Shown piece by piece: positions 1-8,498 of a stretch of DNA of 64,000 nt (positions are counted from its first letter, which is position 1; each line of letters starts with the position of its first letter). Source of the DNA: a virus. The notes under the pieces were generated by a model, which made no database searches, had not been told where the DNA came from, and was given only the letters and a program-made list of their open reading frames with translations. The DNA is taken from the IMG/VR virus record IMGVR_UViG_3300032288_005579; one strand, written 5' to 3'. The position numbers and the translations under genes were made by a program.

Positions 1-1
1 T

Positions 2-1489
2 GAGAAGTTCGAGCGTTATATGGCTAAGGGCTACTATAGTCTAGCCACCCCAGTATGGATAAACTTCGGTAAAGACAAAGGCCTTCCCATCTCATGTTAC
101 GGTTCTTGGATAGACGACTCTCTTGAGAGCATGCTAACAACAGCAAGAGAAATAGGCATGATGTCGAAATACGGTGGTGGAACATCAGCGTACCTCGGCA
201 ACATCCGCCCTAGAGGATCAGATATCAGTACTGGAGGCAAAGCAGACGGACCTATACACTACGCTCGATTGTACGATACTGTAGTAGATGTTTGTAAACA
301 ATCAGAGGCTCGTCGCGGAGCTTGCGCAGTGTATCTGCCTATAGAGCACAGCGACATAATGGAATTTCTTGACATTGGCAGCGAAGGCAACCCCATACAG
401 AACCTACAGTACGGAGTTACAATCGGTGATCAATGGCTTTCTGAAATGAAAGCTGGTGACCCTGTTAAAAGAAAAGTTTGGGCTAAGGTTATCCAACGCC
501 GCTCGGAGTTCGGGTATCCTTACCTACTTTTCAGGGACAATGCAAATAAAAACACGCCGTACAAGGAACTAGGTTATAAAATCACCGCAAGCAACCTGTG
601 TTCGGAGATCATGTTACCCACAGACTCTGATAACTCTTTCGTTTGTTGCATAGGTTCAATAAACCTATTGCACTGGGAAGAGATAGAGAAAACGGATGCT
701 ATTGAGGTGTATACACAATTCCTCAATGCTGTGATGGACGAATTTATAATGAAGTCTCACAAACCCGGATTACAGCGCGCTTGGAATTTTGCGCTGAGTC
801 ACAGAGCCATCGGAGTGGGAGTATTAGGATACCATTCATTCCTACAGTCTAAACTAATTCCTTTCGAATCTATACAAGCAAAACAGTGGAATGATAGGAT
901 ATTCAAAGTGCTGAAGCAGAGAACAGAGGCCGCTTCCAAAGATCTCTATTTAAACGATCAAGAGAGATACGAGTGCATGAGACCGGGATTTGCTAACACC
1001 ACACTGATAGCTATTGCACCAACAAAGTCCTCTTCTTTTATCTTGGGTCAAGTAAGCATGGGTATCGAACCCATCAAATCTAATTACTTCGTGAAAGATC
1101 TTTCTAAGATCAAGACGGTGTACAAAAACCCGCACTTGCTAGAAGAACTGAAGAAGTATAATATGGATACTGAGGAAGTGTGGGATAGTATCATGAAGAA
1201 GGACGGATCCGTACAGCACTTGGATTTCCCCACCAAAGAGGTTTTCAAAACCTTCCTTGAGATATCACCAAAAGAGATAATTATTCAAACTGCTCAGCGT
1301 CAAAAATACATAGACCAATCCCAGTCTGTGAACCTGATGATTCACCCTACGATACCTGCAAAGGACATCAATCAACTTTATTTGTATGCTCATGAAGAGG
1401 GTGTAAAAACCCTTTATTATCAGTATTCACAGAATTCTGCCCAAGCATTTGCTAGAAACATATTAGAATGCGTAAACTGCGAGGCTTAA
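2..1489 (+). CDS. nrdA: Ribonucleotide reductase class Ia alpha subunit (5' end outside window)
   Basis: Frame is open from position 2 (EKFERYMAKG...). Motifs TPVW, SCY, GGGTS, ASNLCSEI, IAPTKSSS, KTLYY. Confidence 0.95.
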   Translation, partial: EKFERYMAKGYYSLATPVWINFGKDKGLPISCYGSWIDDSLESMLTTAREIGMMSKYGGGTSAYLGNIRPRGSDISTGGKADGPIHYARLYDTVVDVCKQSEARRGACAVYLPIEHSDIMEFLDIGSEGNPIQNLQYGVTIGDQWLSEMKAGDPVKRKVWAKVIQRRSEFGYPYLLFRDNANKNTPYKELGYKITASNLCSEIMLPTDSDNSFVCCIGSINLLHWEEIEKTDAIEVYTQFLNAVMDEFIMKSHKPGLQRAWNFALSHRAIGVGVLGYHSFLQSKLIPFESIQAKQWNDRIFKVLKQRTEAASKDLYLNDQERYECMRPGFANTTLIAIAPTKSSSFILGQVSMGIEPIKSNYFVKDLSKIKTVYKNPHLLEELKKYNMDTEEVWDSIMKKDGSVQHLDFPTKEVFKTFLEISPKEIIIQTAQRQKYIDQSQSVNLMIHPTIPAKDINQLYLYAHEEGVKTLYYQYSQNSAQAFARNILECVNCEA

Positions 1490-1550
1490 CACAAAAAACT
1501 AAATCTTTACAATTATAAGGGCAACGATTACATTCATCTAAACAAGCGTT

Positions 1551-2573
1551 ATGAAATTAGAAAAATACGAAAAACTAAAACAGCGGTTAGAGGTTCTCAA
1601 ACTAGAGAAAAACTTTTTCCCGCTTAACACAACCCTGTATTGGTTTTCCTTTCTTGGAAACATCTTCTTGATTTACTTTGGTTACTTCTTCATAAGAACG
1701 ATTACAGACACACTGCCTGACTTATTCCCATACCAGGATGAATTTTTTATGGTGTTTATTGCTCTATTCCTTTCTGGATACGAGCTCACTAAAAGATTTG
1801 TAATAGATCAGACCGCGAATTCTTTAGTGGGTCCTAAAAAATCTTTGAGTTTTGGAGTTGTATTCGGCGTATTAGCCTCATTGTTTCTAATAGGAGGATC
1901 TTTTTACATGTCCATAAAGGGCGCTCATAGACTTGTGGACAACAAGGATGTCATAACAGCGCAAATAGATTCAGTATCCACTAAAAAAATAGAAGACATC
2001 TCGGCTTATTACGATAAAGAAATAGCTTTCTATAGATCTCAACCTGCGCGCACACGCACTGATCGAATGTATAGAGATTCTATAGTCTCAAGTCTTCAGG
2101 TTCAAAAGGACACAAAAATAACCGAAGAAGAAAATAAACAGGAGTTTAAAGCTGGTGATTCTTTGGCAGAGAACGAAGAGAACGATTTTGCTTTCATGAT
2201 CATAACGGTGTTTTTAGAGGCGATAGTCATACTCGGTGTTGGATTTAATTCCTTCTATACGGTATCGACATACGAAGAGACGGGTAAGCTACTACAAACA
2301 CCAAAGTACCGTCAATACATGAACAACCTCCAACTCTTGAAGATGTATTACGCCAATGGTAAAAAAGAACCTGGGGAATTGACGCTATCATTCACAAAAC
2401 TTGCATCTCTCGTTAAGAATCAAAAGCTGGGAATATCAAATTCAGAGGTAAAAGATTTTATATCGATGTGCACAGAACTTGGAATATGCAAAGAAATGCA
2501 GAACAAGCGTAAGCAACTTGTGATGACCTACGAAGACGCGAAAAAAGCTCTTCAAAAGGACGACATATTTTAG
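1551..2573 (+). CDS. Hypothetical multi-pass membrane protein with soluble C-terminal domain
   Basis: 340 aa ORF with about four hydrophobic segments. Confidence 0.7.
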   Translation: MKLEKYEKLKQRLEVLKLEKNFFPLNTTLYWFSFLGNIFLIYFGYFFIRTITDTLPDLFPYQDEFFMVFIALFLSGYELTKRFVIDQTANSLVGPKKSLSFGVVFGVLASLFLIGGSFYMSIKGAHRLVDNKDVITAQIDSVSTKKIEDISAYYDKEIAFYRSQPARTRTDRMYRDSIVSSLQVQKDTKITEEENKQEFKAGDSLAENEENDFAFMIITVFLEAIVILGVGFNSFYTVSTYEETGKLLQTPKYRQYMNNLQLLKMYYANGKKEPGELTLSFTKLASLVKNQKLGISNSEVKDFISMCTELGICKEMQNKRKQLVMTYEDAKKALQKDDIF

Positions 2574-2585
2574 TAGATTACTCCC

Positions 2586-4895
2586 ATGATACAAAAAAGT
2601 TACGTAATGGTGGACACCATGGACAAGTTCCGTGCCATGGCAGACCACGTTAAAAATAACGACATAGTCGCTTTCGATACGGAAACAACGTCTCTCAATC
2701 CACGAAAAGGTAAGATCATCGGTTTCTCAGTCACTCCGGAAATAGGTTACGGTTATTACGTACCTACGATGGTTTTTAAGGATGGAAACTTACAGGATAC
2801 TTACATCGACGGCAAATTGACTCATGATCTCGCTAAGAAGTTCATGACTGCATTGACAACCAAGAAACTTGTGATGCACAACGGTTCATTCGACTGCCGC
2901 TTTGTCAAGTGCTTCTACGATGTTGATCTAATTCCCAGCTTATACGCGGATACTATACTGTTAGTTCATACTCTGATGGAAGAGGGCGCTGGATTCGGTT
3001 CAAAGTCTCCATTCGCTCTGAAGGAAATCGCTAAGACGATTCAGAACGAGATAGGACTTGACGTTGAGAAAGAAGCTAACGAGGAGCAAGTCGAACTTAA
3101 GAATTCTATTAAGAACAACGGAGGTTCAATAACTAAAGAGAATTACGAGATCTTTAAAGCAGACATTGAGATTCTCTCTAAGTATGCTGCGGCCGATACA
3201 GACTTAACACTTAGAGTGTTCAATTACTTCGAACCGCAACTAGAGTCTCAAGGTCTAAGAAAGTTTTATTACGAAGACGAAGTCATGCCTCTTTACAGGG
3301 AAGTTACGATTCCCATGGAAAGTCGAGGCGTCAGACTGAATATGCCGCTGATAACAGAGGCAAAGAACAGAATTAGTGAAGATCTAAAGAAGTACCAAGA
3401 ACTGGTAATAAAAGAGCTTCTTGCTCACATAGAAGTCAGAACGTGGGTCATATATAAAGCTACTGAAGCTTATCCTCCTAACCACAAGGGAGCTTACGCT
3501 CAAGAACTGGTTTCCATGTACAACATAGATATACCTAAGTCTGAAAAGACTGGAAAGTATAGCATAACTAACGCCAATGTATCTCAACTGCCAGATAACG
3601 AGATAAAAGAATTCTTGGTTACAGGCAACGCAGAGTCTCTACCTGAGGATGTAAGATTGAAGGTGAGCATGAAACTCTGGAAAGAGGATAACGCGGGTCA
3701 ATACTTCAACATACAGTCTAAGGATCACTTAGGAGAAATAGCATTTGGTGCCTTAGGCATCCAACCCATTTCAGAGACAAAAACAGGTAAACCTCAATTC
3801 GATGAAGACATGATACAAATCATCGCTGAGGATCACGATTGGGCCAAGAATTTGCGCATCTACAATAAGTTGATGAAGATCAGTTCTACTTACATGGATC
3901 GGTTCTTGGAAAGTCACGAAGATGGTAAGTACTATTTTTCCTATAAGCAACACGGTACAGTTTCAGGTAGATACGGCTCAGACGCTCAACAGTTGCCAAG
4001 GCCAAAAGAGGAGGGTGAAGACGAACAAGTCATCGTTGAATACAACAACCTTGTTAGGGCGTTCTTCATACCTTACGATGGGAACATATTCATAGATAAT
4101 GACTACGAATCTCTTGAACCCAAGACGTTCTCTCACGTGTCAGGAGATGAGGGACTTATGGACATCTTCAGAAACAATTGGGATTTCTATTCTACGATCG
4201 CTATAAAAACCGAGAAACTTAATCAGTATTCTCCTGACAAAAAAGCCCCTAACTACTTAAGAAAGCTTGCTCCACAATTGCGCAACAAGGCCAAAGCGTA
4301 TTCGTTGGGTATACCTTACGGTATGGGTGCATATGCATTGGGTAAAAATATTGGAGTAAAGACTAAAGAAGCTGAAGAACTTGTAAATGGATATCTGAAT
4401 GGATTTCCTAATCTTAAGAAGTGGATGGAGGAATCTAAAGCGTTCGCCAAAGAAAACGGTTTCATAAAAACGCAAGTAGGTCGAATAAGACACTTACCAA
4501 AAGTTCAAATACTGTATAGCAAGTACGGAGACAGGCTATTCGATTACAAGTTCAAACTGCAGTTGGAGAAACAAAAGGGAAAAGAATACGTAACGAACAT
4601 GTTCAGAGACTATAAGAACGGTCTGAACAACAGTCTAAACGTCCAGATACAGGGCTTAGCTGCATCAATCGTGAATAGGGCGGCGATCGCAATCAATCGT
4701 GAGTTCAAGAAACTTGGCATATCAGGTCAGGTCGTCGCCCAAATTCACGACCAGCTGATCATGGAGGTCGAAGAATCAAGATCTAAAGAAGCAGCAGAAG
4801 TCGTTCAGGATATGATGGAAAATACGACCAAGCTTAAGATACCTTTAGTAGCAATTCCTTCGATTGCCCATAATTGGAGAGATGGACATGGCTAA
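2586..4895 (+). CDS. polA: DNA polymerase family A (3'-5' exonuclease plus polymerase, no 5'-3' exonuclease)
   Basis: ExoI FDTETT, ExoII HNGSFD, ExoIII YAAAD; motif A DYESLEPK, motif B KAYSLGIPYG, motif C QIHDQL. Confidence 0.95.
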   Translation: MIQKSYVMVDTMDKFRAMADHVKNNDIVAFDTETTSLNPRKGKIIGFSVTPEIGYGYYVPTMVFKDGNLQDTYIDGKLTHDLAKKFMTALTTKKLVMHNGSFDCRFVKCFYDVDLIPSLYADTILLVHTLMEEGAGFGSKSPFALKEIAKTIQNEIGLDVEKEANEEQVELKNSIKNNGGSITKENYEIFKADIEILSKYAAADTDLTLRVFNYFEPQLESQGLRKFYYEDEVMPLYREVTIPMESRGVRLNMPLITEAKNRISEDLKKYQELVIKELLAHIEVRTWVIYKATEAYPPNHKGAYAQELVSMYNIDIPKSEKTGKYSITNANVSQLPDNEIKEFLVTGNAESLPEDVRLKVSMKLWKEDNAGQYFNIQSKDHLGEIAFGALGIQPISETKTGKPQFDEDMIQIIAEDHDWAKNLRIYNKLMKISSTYMDRFLESHEDGKYYFSYKQHGTVSGRYGSDAQQLPRPKEEGEDEQVIVEYNNLVRAFFIPYDGNIFIDNDYESLEPKTFSHVSGDEGLMDIFRNNWDFYSTIAIKTEKLNQYSPDKKAPNYLRKLAPQLRNKAKAYSLGIPYGMGAYALGKNIGVKTKEAEELVNGYLNGFPNLKKWMEESKAFAKENGFIKTQVGRIRHLPKVQILYSKYGDRLFDYKFKLQLEKQKGKEYVTNMFRDYKNGLNNSLNVQIQGLAASIVNRAAIAINREFKKLGISGQVVAQIHDQLIMEVEESRSKEAAEVVQDMMENTTKLKIPLVAIPSIAHNWRDGHG

Positions 4896-4980
4896 ATGCT
4901 ACATAAAATATCAGTAATTCTTGTAGGGGCTTATATAAACAAACTGGTGGATACACGTGGAAATACTCTAAGTAATTGCA

Positions 4981-4988
4981 TATTTATA
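4981..4988 (+). promoter_or_regulatory. TATTTATA motif (candidate phage late promoter)
   Basis: Exact octamer 26 nt upstream of ATG 5015; recurs before many gene blocks. Confidence 0.55.
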
Positions 4989-5014
4989 GAAAAACAAACA
5001 CAAACACAATAACT

Positions 5015-5191
5015 ATGATAGCGAACATCTTATTTTGGGTATTAGCAGCCGGAGTAATCGGATTCATCGGCTACAAATTCGTTCAAATGCAAAAAGACTC
5101 TAAAGGAGGAAACACTGGAAATACTTCTGGTGGTGGAGGCGGAACTGTTGGAGGCGGAGAAGGCGAACTGCCTAAGGATAACATTAAGTGA
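5015..5191 (+). CDS. Small single-pass membrane protein with Gly-rich tail
   Basis: MIANILFWVLAAGVIGFIGYKF transmembrane segment then GGNTGNTSGGGGG; ATG 5015 preferred over the track start at 4976. Confidence 0.65.
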   Translation: MIANILFWVLAAGVIGFIGYKFVQMQKDSKGGNTGNTSGGGGGTVGGGEGELPKDNIK

Positions 5192-5199
5192 TCCTACTC

Positions 5200-5236
5200 A
5201 AAAAAAAAATAGCCCCATTATTTGGGGCTTTTTTTT
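5200..5236. terminator. Bidirectional intrinsic terminator
   Basis: A-run, AGCCCC-attattt-GGGGCT hairpin (5211-5229), T-run. Confidence 0.85.
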
Positions 5237-5280
5237 GCTCACTGAAAATGAAAATTTTTATAAGAACTCAAGAATGTCTA

Positions 5281-5288
5281 TATTTATA
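5281..5288 (+). promoter_or_regulatory. TATTTATA motif upstream of hsp20
   Basis: Exact octamer directly before the left inverted-repeat arm. Confidence 0.55.
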
Positions 5289-5294
5289 GACAAA

Positions 5295-5322
5295 TAAACG
5301 ATAGAGGTACGACAGGCCTTTA
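5295..5322 (+). repeat. Left arm of long-range inverted repeat flanking hsp20
   Basis: TAAACGATAGAGGTACGACAGGCCTTTA pairs with 5823-5849: 26 Watson-Crick pairs, 1 G-U, 1 bulged A. Confidence 0.9.
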
Positions 5323-5382
5323 AGTTATGACAGAGTTAAATTATTCATTAACCAAAAAAACGTCACAGGAGGACGTAACATT

Positions 5383-5820
5383 ATGACACAGTTAACTAAA
5401 TTCGCAGGTTTTGATCTTGATCCATTCGATCTGTTGTGGAGGAATTTCATAGACCACGACTCAAGATTCAACACACTACTAGAAAAAGTAAACTATCCCA
5501 CGGATATTTACGAAACCGAAGAAGGTATCACCTTCGAACTGGCCGTTGTAGGCTTGGATTCCAAAGACATCTCTGTAGAAACACAAGGAGAAGTGCTGAG
5601 GATCAAATACACAAAAGAAAAACACGAGGACGAGGCAAAGTATATCTACAAGGGTATTGCTAAGCGTTCGTTCGATTTGGCTTGGAAGGTTTCTTCTAAG
5701 TTCGACCTCACCAAACTTGAGGCTCAACTTGAAAGGGGACTTTTGACCATCCGTGTTCCTTTCGCTGAGACCGCGAAAGCAAAAGCAATCCAAATCAAAG
5801 AAGTAAAACAAGTAGGATAA
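5383..5820 (+). CDS. hsp20: Small heat shock protein (Hsp20 / alpha-crystallin)
   Basis: YPTDIYET, ELAVVG, YIYKGIAKRSF, LERGLLTIRVP; AGGAGG upstream. Confidence 0.92.
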   Translation: MTQLTKFAGFDLDPFDLLWRNFIDHDSRFNTLLEKVNYPTDIYETEEGITFELAVVGLDSKDISVETQGEVLRIKYTKEKHEDEAKYIYKGIAKRSFDLAWKVSSKFDLTKLEAQLERGLLTIRVPFAETAKAKAIQIKEVKQVG

Positions 5821-5822
5821 GA

Positions 5823-5849
5823 TAAAGGCCTGTCGACCTTTATCGTTTA
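5823..5849 (+). repeat. Right arm of hsp20 inverted repeat; also folds locally as GATAAAGG/CCTTTATC hairpin (5821-5844)
   Basis: Reverse complement of 5295-5322; starts 3 nt after the hsp20 stop. Confidence 0.9.
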
Positions 5850-5852
5850 GTT

Positions 5853-6044
5853 ATGTTTTCCCTATGTACACAATTCATCACCGTCCAGGAAAGTCTCTAT
5901 AAAATAGAGAGAATATTTGATGAGCACAGAGTCCCTGACGTTGAGCTTTTTAAATACTGGCTCCGTGCTGAAACAGTGTTCAGAAAGGATGGAAAATTGT
6001 ACTTTTGTAACAAAATAGAAGAAGCAGAAATTGTAAACGAATAA
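5853..6044 (+). CDS. Small hypothetical protein
   Basis: 63 aa ORF filling the gap between hsp20 and groES. Confidence 0.6.
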   Translation: MFSLCTQFITVQESLYKIERIFDEHRVPDVELFKYWLRAETVFRKDGKLYFCNKIEEAEIVNE

Positions 6045-6050
6045 ACAACT

Positions 6051-6344
6051 ATGAGCAAATTAAAACCATTGAATGGAAATGTGATCCTTAAAAAGGTCGA
6101 AGAGTCCGAACAAACTTACGGACAGATAGTCATACCCGACATGGGTAAAGAAAAACCGGAACTTGGCGAAGTAGTCGCGGTCAGCGATACGTACAATTGG
6201 CACAAAGGTTCGGATGTTGCGTCTAATCTCAAACCCGGTCAACTGGTGTTGATTCCAAAAATGGGAGCTATGTCATTCTCTATAGACACTGAGGATTATA
6301 TCATCATTAAGGAAACTGAGGTACTATCAATCATCGAAAAATAA
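6051..6344 (+). CDS. groES: Co-chaperonin GroES
   Basis: LKPLNGNVILK, GQIVIPD, GEVVAV, IIKETEVL; adjacent to groEL. Confidence 0.93.
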   Translation: MSKLKPLNGNVILKKVEESEQTYGQIVIPDMGKEKPELGEVVAVSDTYNWHKGSDVASNLKPGQLVLIPKMGAMSFSIDTEDYIIIKETEVLSIIEK

Positions 6345-7960
6345 TGAGCACAACTAAAAACGTATTCGGCACAGAACTCAAGGAGAAGCTGTACGCCGGC
6401 ATATCAAAGCTTAACGAGTCCGTATCTTCTACGCTTGGACCGGGAGGTCGCACCGTACTGATTCGCGAACAGAACGGAGAGGTTAAAGTTACCAAAGACG
6501 GTGTATCAGTAGCAAAAGCATTTCACAAGTTGGAGGACGACATCGAGGACCTTGGCGCACAACTCGTCAAGCAAGTGGCGATCAAGTCCGCTAACGAAGC
6601 TGGTGATGGTACTACGACTTCTACGCTTCTCGCCGCCGAGATTGTAAATCAAGGCATCAAAGAGGTCCGTGGAGGTCGTAATGCTGTCGCTATCAAGCGT
6701 GAGCTAGATAAATTGACCGCTGAAGTGATCGAAGACATCAAGAAGATCGCCATTCCCGTAAATTCAGAAGATCAGATTAGGCAAGTAGCGACCATTTCAG
6801 GTAACAACGACGAAGAGGTCGGAAACCTTATTGCTACTGCTATTGAAAAAGTGGGTCGCGAAGGCGTTGTGACCATCGAAGAGTCCAAGACGGGTGAGAC
6901 CAGCTTAGAAGTTGTGGAAGGCATGCAGTTCGATCGCGGCTACAAGTCGCCTTACTTCGTGACCAACAACACCTCCATGCAGGCTGTTTTAGAAGACTGC
7001 TATGTGATGCTCTTCGATGGAAGAATATCTACGGCGCAAGAACTTCTCCAAGCATTGACCAAGTGTAACTCAGAAAACAAACCTCTCTTGGTGATCGCAG
7101 AAGATTTTGGAGATGAAGCTCTTGCTACTCTTATCGTAAATAAGATGAGAGGCATTGTACAAGTGTGCGCAGTAAAAGCGCCAGAGTTCGGAGAGAGAAA
7201 AACACTAGTGCTTGAGGACATCGCAATCCTCACAGGCGGTCAAGTACTGTCTAAGGACAAGGGTCACAAACTCGATAAGATTCCTTCAGCACAACTGTCT
7301 CAATACCTCGGTAAAGCTAGACTCGTAACCGTTTCCAAAGAGGATACGACAATCGTAGACGGAAAGGGTTCCTCAGAATCCATCGAAGCGCGCGCTAATG
7401 AGATCAAAGAGCAGATCGAAAAATCGCAATCGTTCTTCGAAAAAGAAAAACTACAAGAGCGACTGGGTAAAATGGTAGGCGGTGTGGCCATCATCAACGT
7501 AGGCGGTAACTCTGAGATCGAGATCAAGGAGAAGAAGGACCGATTGGAAGATGCGCTATACGCCACTAAAGCGGCACTCGCAGACGGTATCGTAGCAGGT
7601 GGTGGAGCCACCCTGTACAGGCTTTCGATAGCTCACAGAGGAACCACTACGGCGGAAGGCGACATCGCGTACATGATCCTTCAGGACGCTTTGCAAGCAC
7701 CGTTCGAAAAGATCCTCAGTAACGCTGGAATCGAGAACTGGTGGGACAACCTTCCAAGGGGCGAGAATGAAGTGTTTGACGCTAAGAATCGTAAGATCGT
7801 GGACGCGTTCGAAGCCGGCATCATCGATCCTGCAAAGGTTGTGATCACTGCCCTTAAGAACGCAGTCTCGGTCGCTGGTACAATTCTCACCACAGAAAGC
7901 GTGGTATTCGAGAAGAAGGACAAAGACGAGAAGGCGGATCCTATGGCGGGAATGATGTAA
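6344..7960 (+). CDS. groEL: Chaperonin GroEL
   Basis: [48 protein letters not shown]. Confidence 0.98.
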   Translation: MSTTKNVFGTELKEKLYAGISKLNESVSSTLGPGGRTVLIREQNGEVKVTKDGVSVAKAFHKLEDDIEDLGAQLVKQVAIKSANEAGDGTTTSTLLAAEIVNQGIKEVRGGRNAVAIKRELDKLTAEVIEDIKKIAIPVNSEDQIRQVATISGNNDEEVGNLIATAIEKVGREGVVTIEESKTGETSLEVVEGMQFDRGYKSPYFVTNNTSMQAVLEDCYVMLFDGRISTAQELLQALTKCNSENKPLLVIAEDFGDEALATLIVNKMRGIVQVCAVKAPEFGERKTLVLEDIAILTGGQVLSKDKGHKLDKIPSAQLSQYLGKARLVTVSKEDTTIVDGKGSSESIEARANEIKEQIEKSQSFFEKEKLQERLGKMVGGVAIINVGGNSEIEIKEKKDRLEDALYATKAALADGIVAGGGATLYRLSIAHRGTTTAEGDIAYMILQDALQAPFEKILSNAGIENWWDNLPRGENEVFDAKNRKIVDAFEAGIIDPAKVVITALKNAVSVAGTILTTESVVFEKKDKDEKADPMAGMM

Positions 7961-7969
7961 ATAAAGGTT

Positions 7970-8068
7970 AGTCAGGTAGCGGAATGTAGACGCAGGTCGT
8001 AGGTAGCACCGTTCACAAACAGCCTTATAACGTGGTGAACATTACAGGTTCGAATCCTGTCCTGACTA
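7970..8068 (+). ncRNA. tRNA-like RNA 1 (Leu-like D arm, non-canonical anticodon region, 99 nt)
   Basis: Acceptor AGTCAGG/CCTGACT, D arm GCG-gaatgtaga-CGC, T arm ACAGG-TTCGAAT-CCTGT; no 5-bp/7-nt anticodon arm. Confidence 0.6.
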
Positions 8069-8145
8069 CGATGTTGAGTAGCGCTCAAATGAACTTAGGG
8101 CGGTTTCGGGCTAGCCTAAGAGAGATCGACAAAAAGCCCGTACAT

Positions 8146-8269
8146 AGTCAGGTGGCAGAAAGTAATGCAGGTTACAGTACTCCACGGGGCAACACGGTCT
8201 AGAACGTGGGAAGTCTAAGACAAGCCAGCCCGTCTGAAAGTGGTGCAGGTTCGAATCCTGTCCTGACTA
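8146..8269 (+). ncRNA. tRNA-like RNA 2 (124 nt, expanded centre)
   Basis: Same acceptor AGTCAGG/CCTGACT, D arm GCA/TGC, T arm GCAGG-TTCGAAT-CCTGT; about 70 nt centre with CCACG/CGTGG stem. Confidence 0.6.
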
Positions 8270-8275
8270 CAAAAT

Positions 8276-8364
8276 AGTCGTGTGGCGCAAGTGTGAAGAA
8301 TAAGCACCTAGGGCAGCGAGCTGCGGAAACGCGGAGGTTGTGGGTTCGAATCCCATCACGACTA
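8276..8364 (+). ncRNA. tRNA-like RNA 3 (89 nt)
   Basis: Acceptor AGTCGTG/CACGACT, T arm GTGGG-TTCGAAT-CCCAT; centre has CTGCG-GAAA-CGCGG hairpin instead of an anticodon arm. Confidence 0.55.
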
Positions 8365-8420
8365 CAAAGTGGAGCAACATGTGCAGTAGCCACAGGGTCC
8401 TAGGTCCCACTGCACTCTAT

Positions 8421-8493
8421 CGCGGGTTATGGAAGTGGTCATCCGCCAGGTCTCATAAGCCAGGAATCGGGGGTTCGAATCCCTCACCCGCTA
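8421..8493 (+). tRNA. tRNA-Met (CAT), initiator-like
   Basis: Cloverleaf with loop CTCATAA, T arm GGGGG-TTCGAAT-CCCTC, C1-U72 mismatch, one A-A mismatch in the anticodon stem, no encoded CCA. Confidence 0.75.
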
Positions 8494-8498
8494 CTAAA

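Noticed and set aside
5295-5849. hsp20 inverted repeat as transposon ends or an invertible DNA segment
   Set aside because: No transposase or recombinase nearby and no target-site duplication; the G-U mismatch and placement at transcript ends fit RNA pairing better.
2-7960. Introns or inteins in nrdA, polA or groEL
   Set aside because: Frames are continuous, motif spacing is normal, and there are no C...HN/S intein boundaries or embedded nuclease domains in the visible parts.
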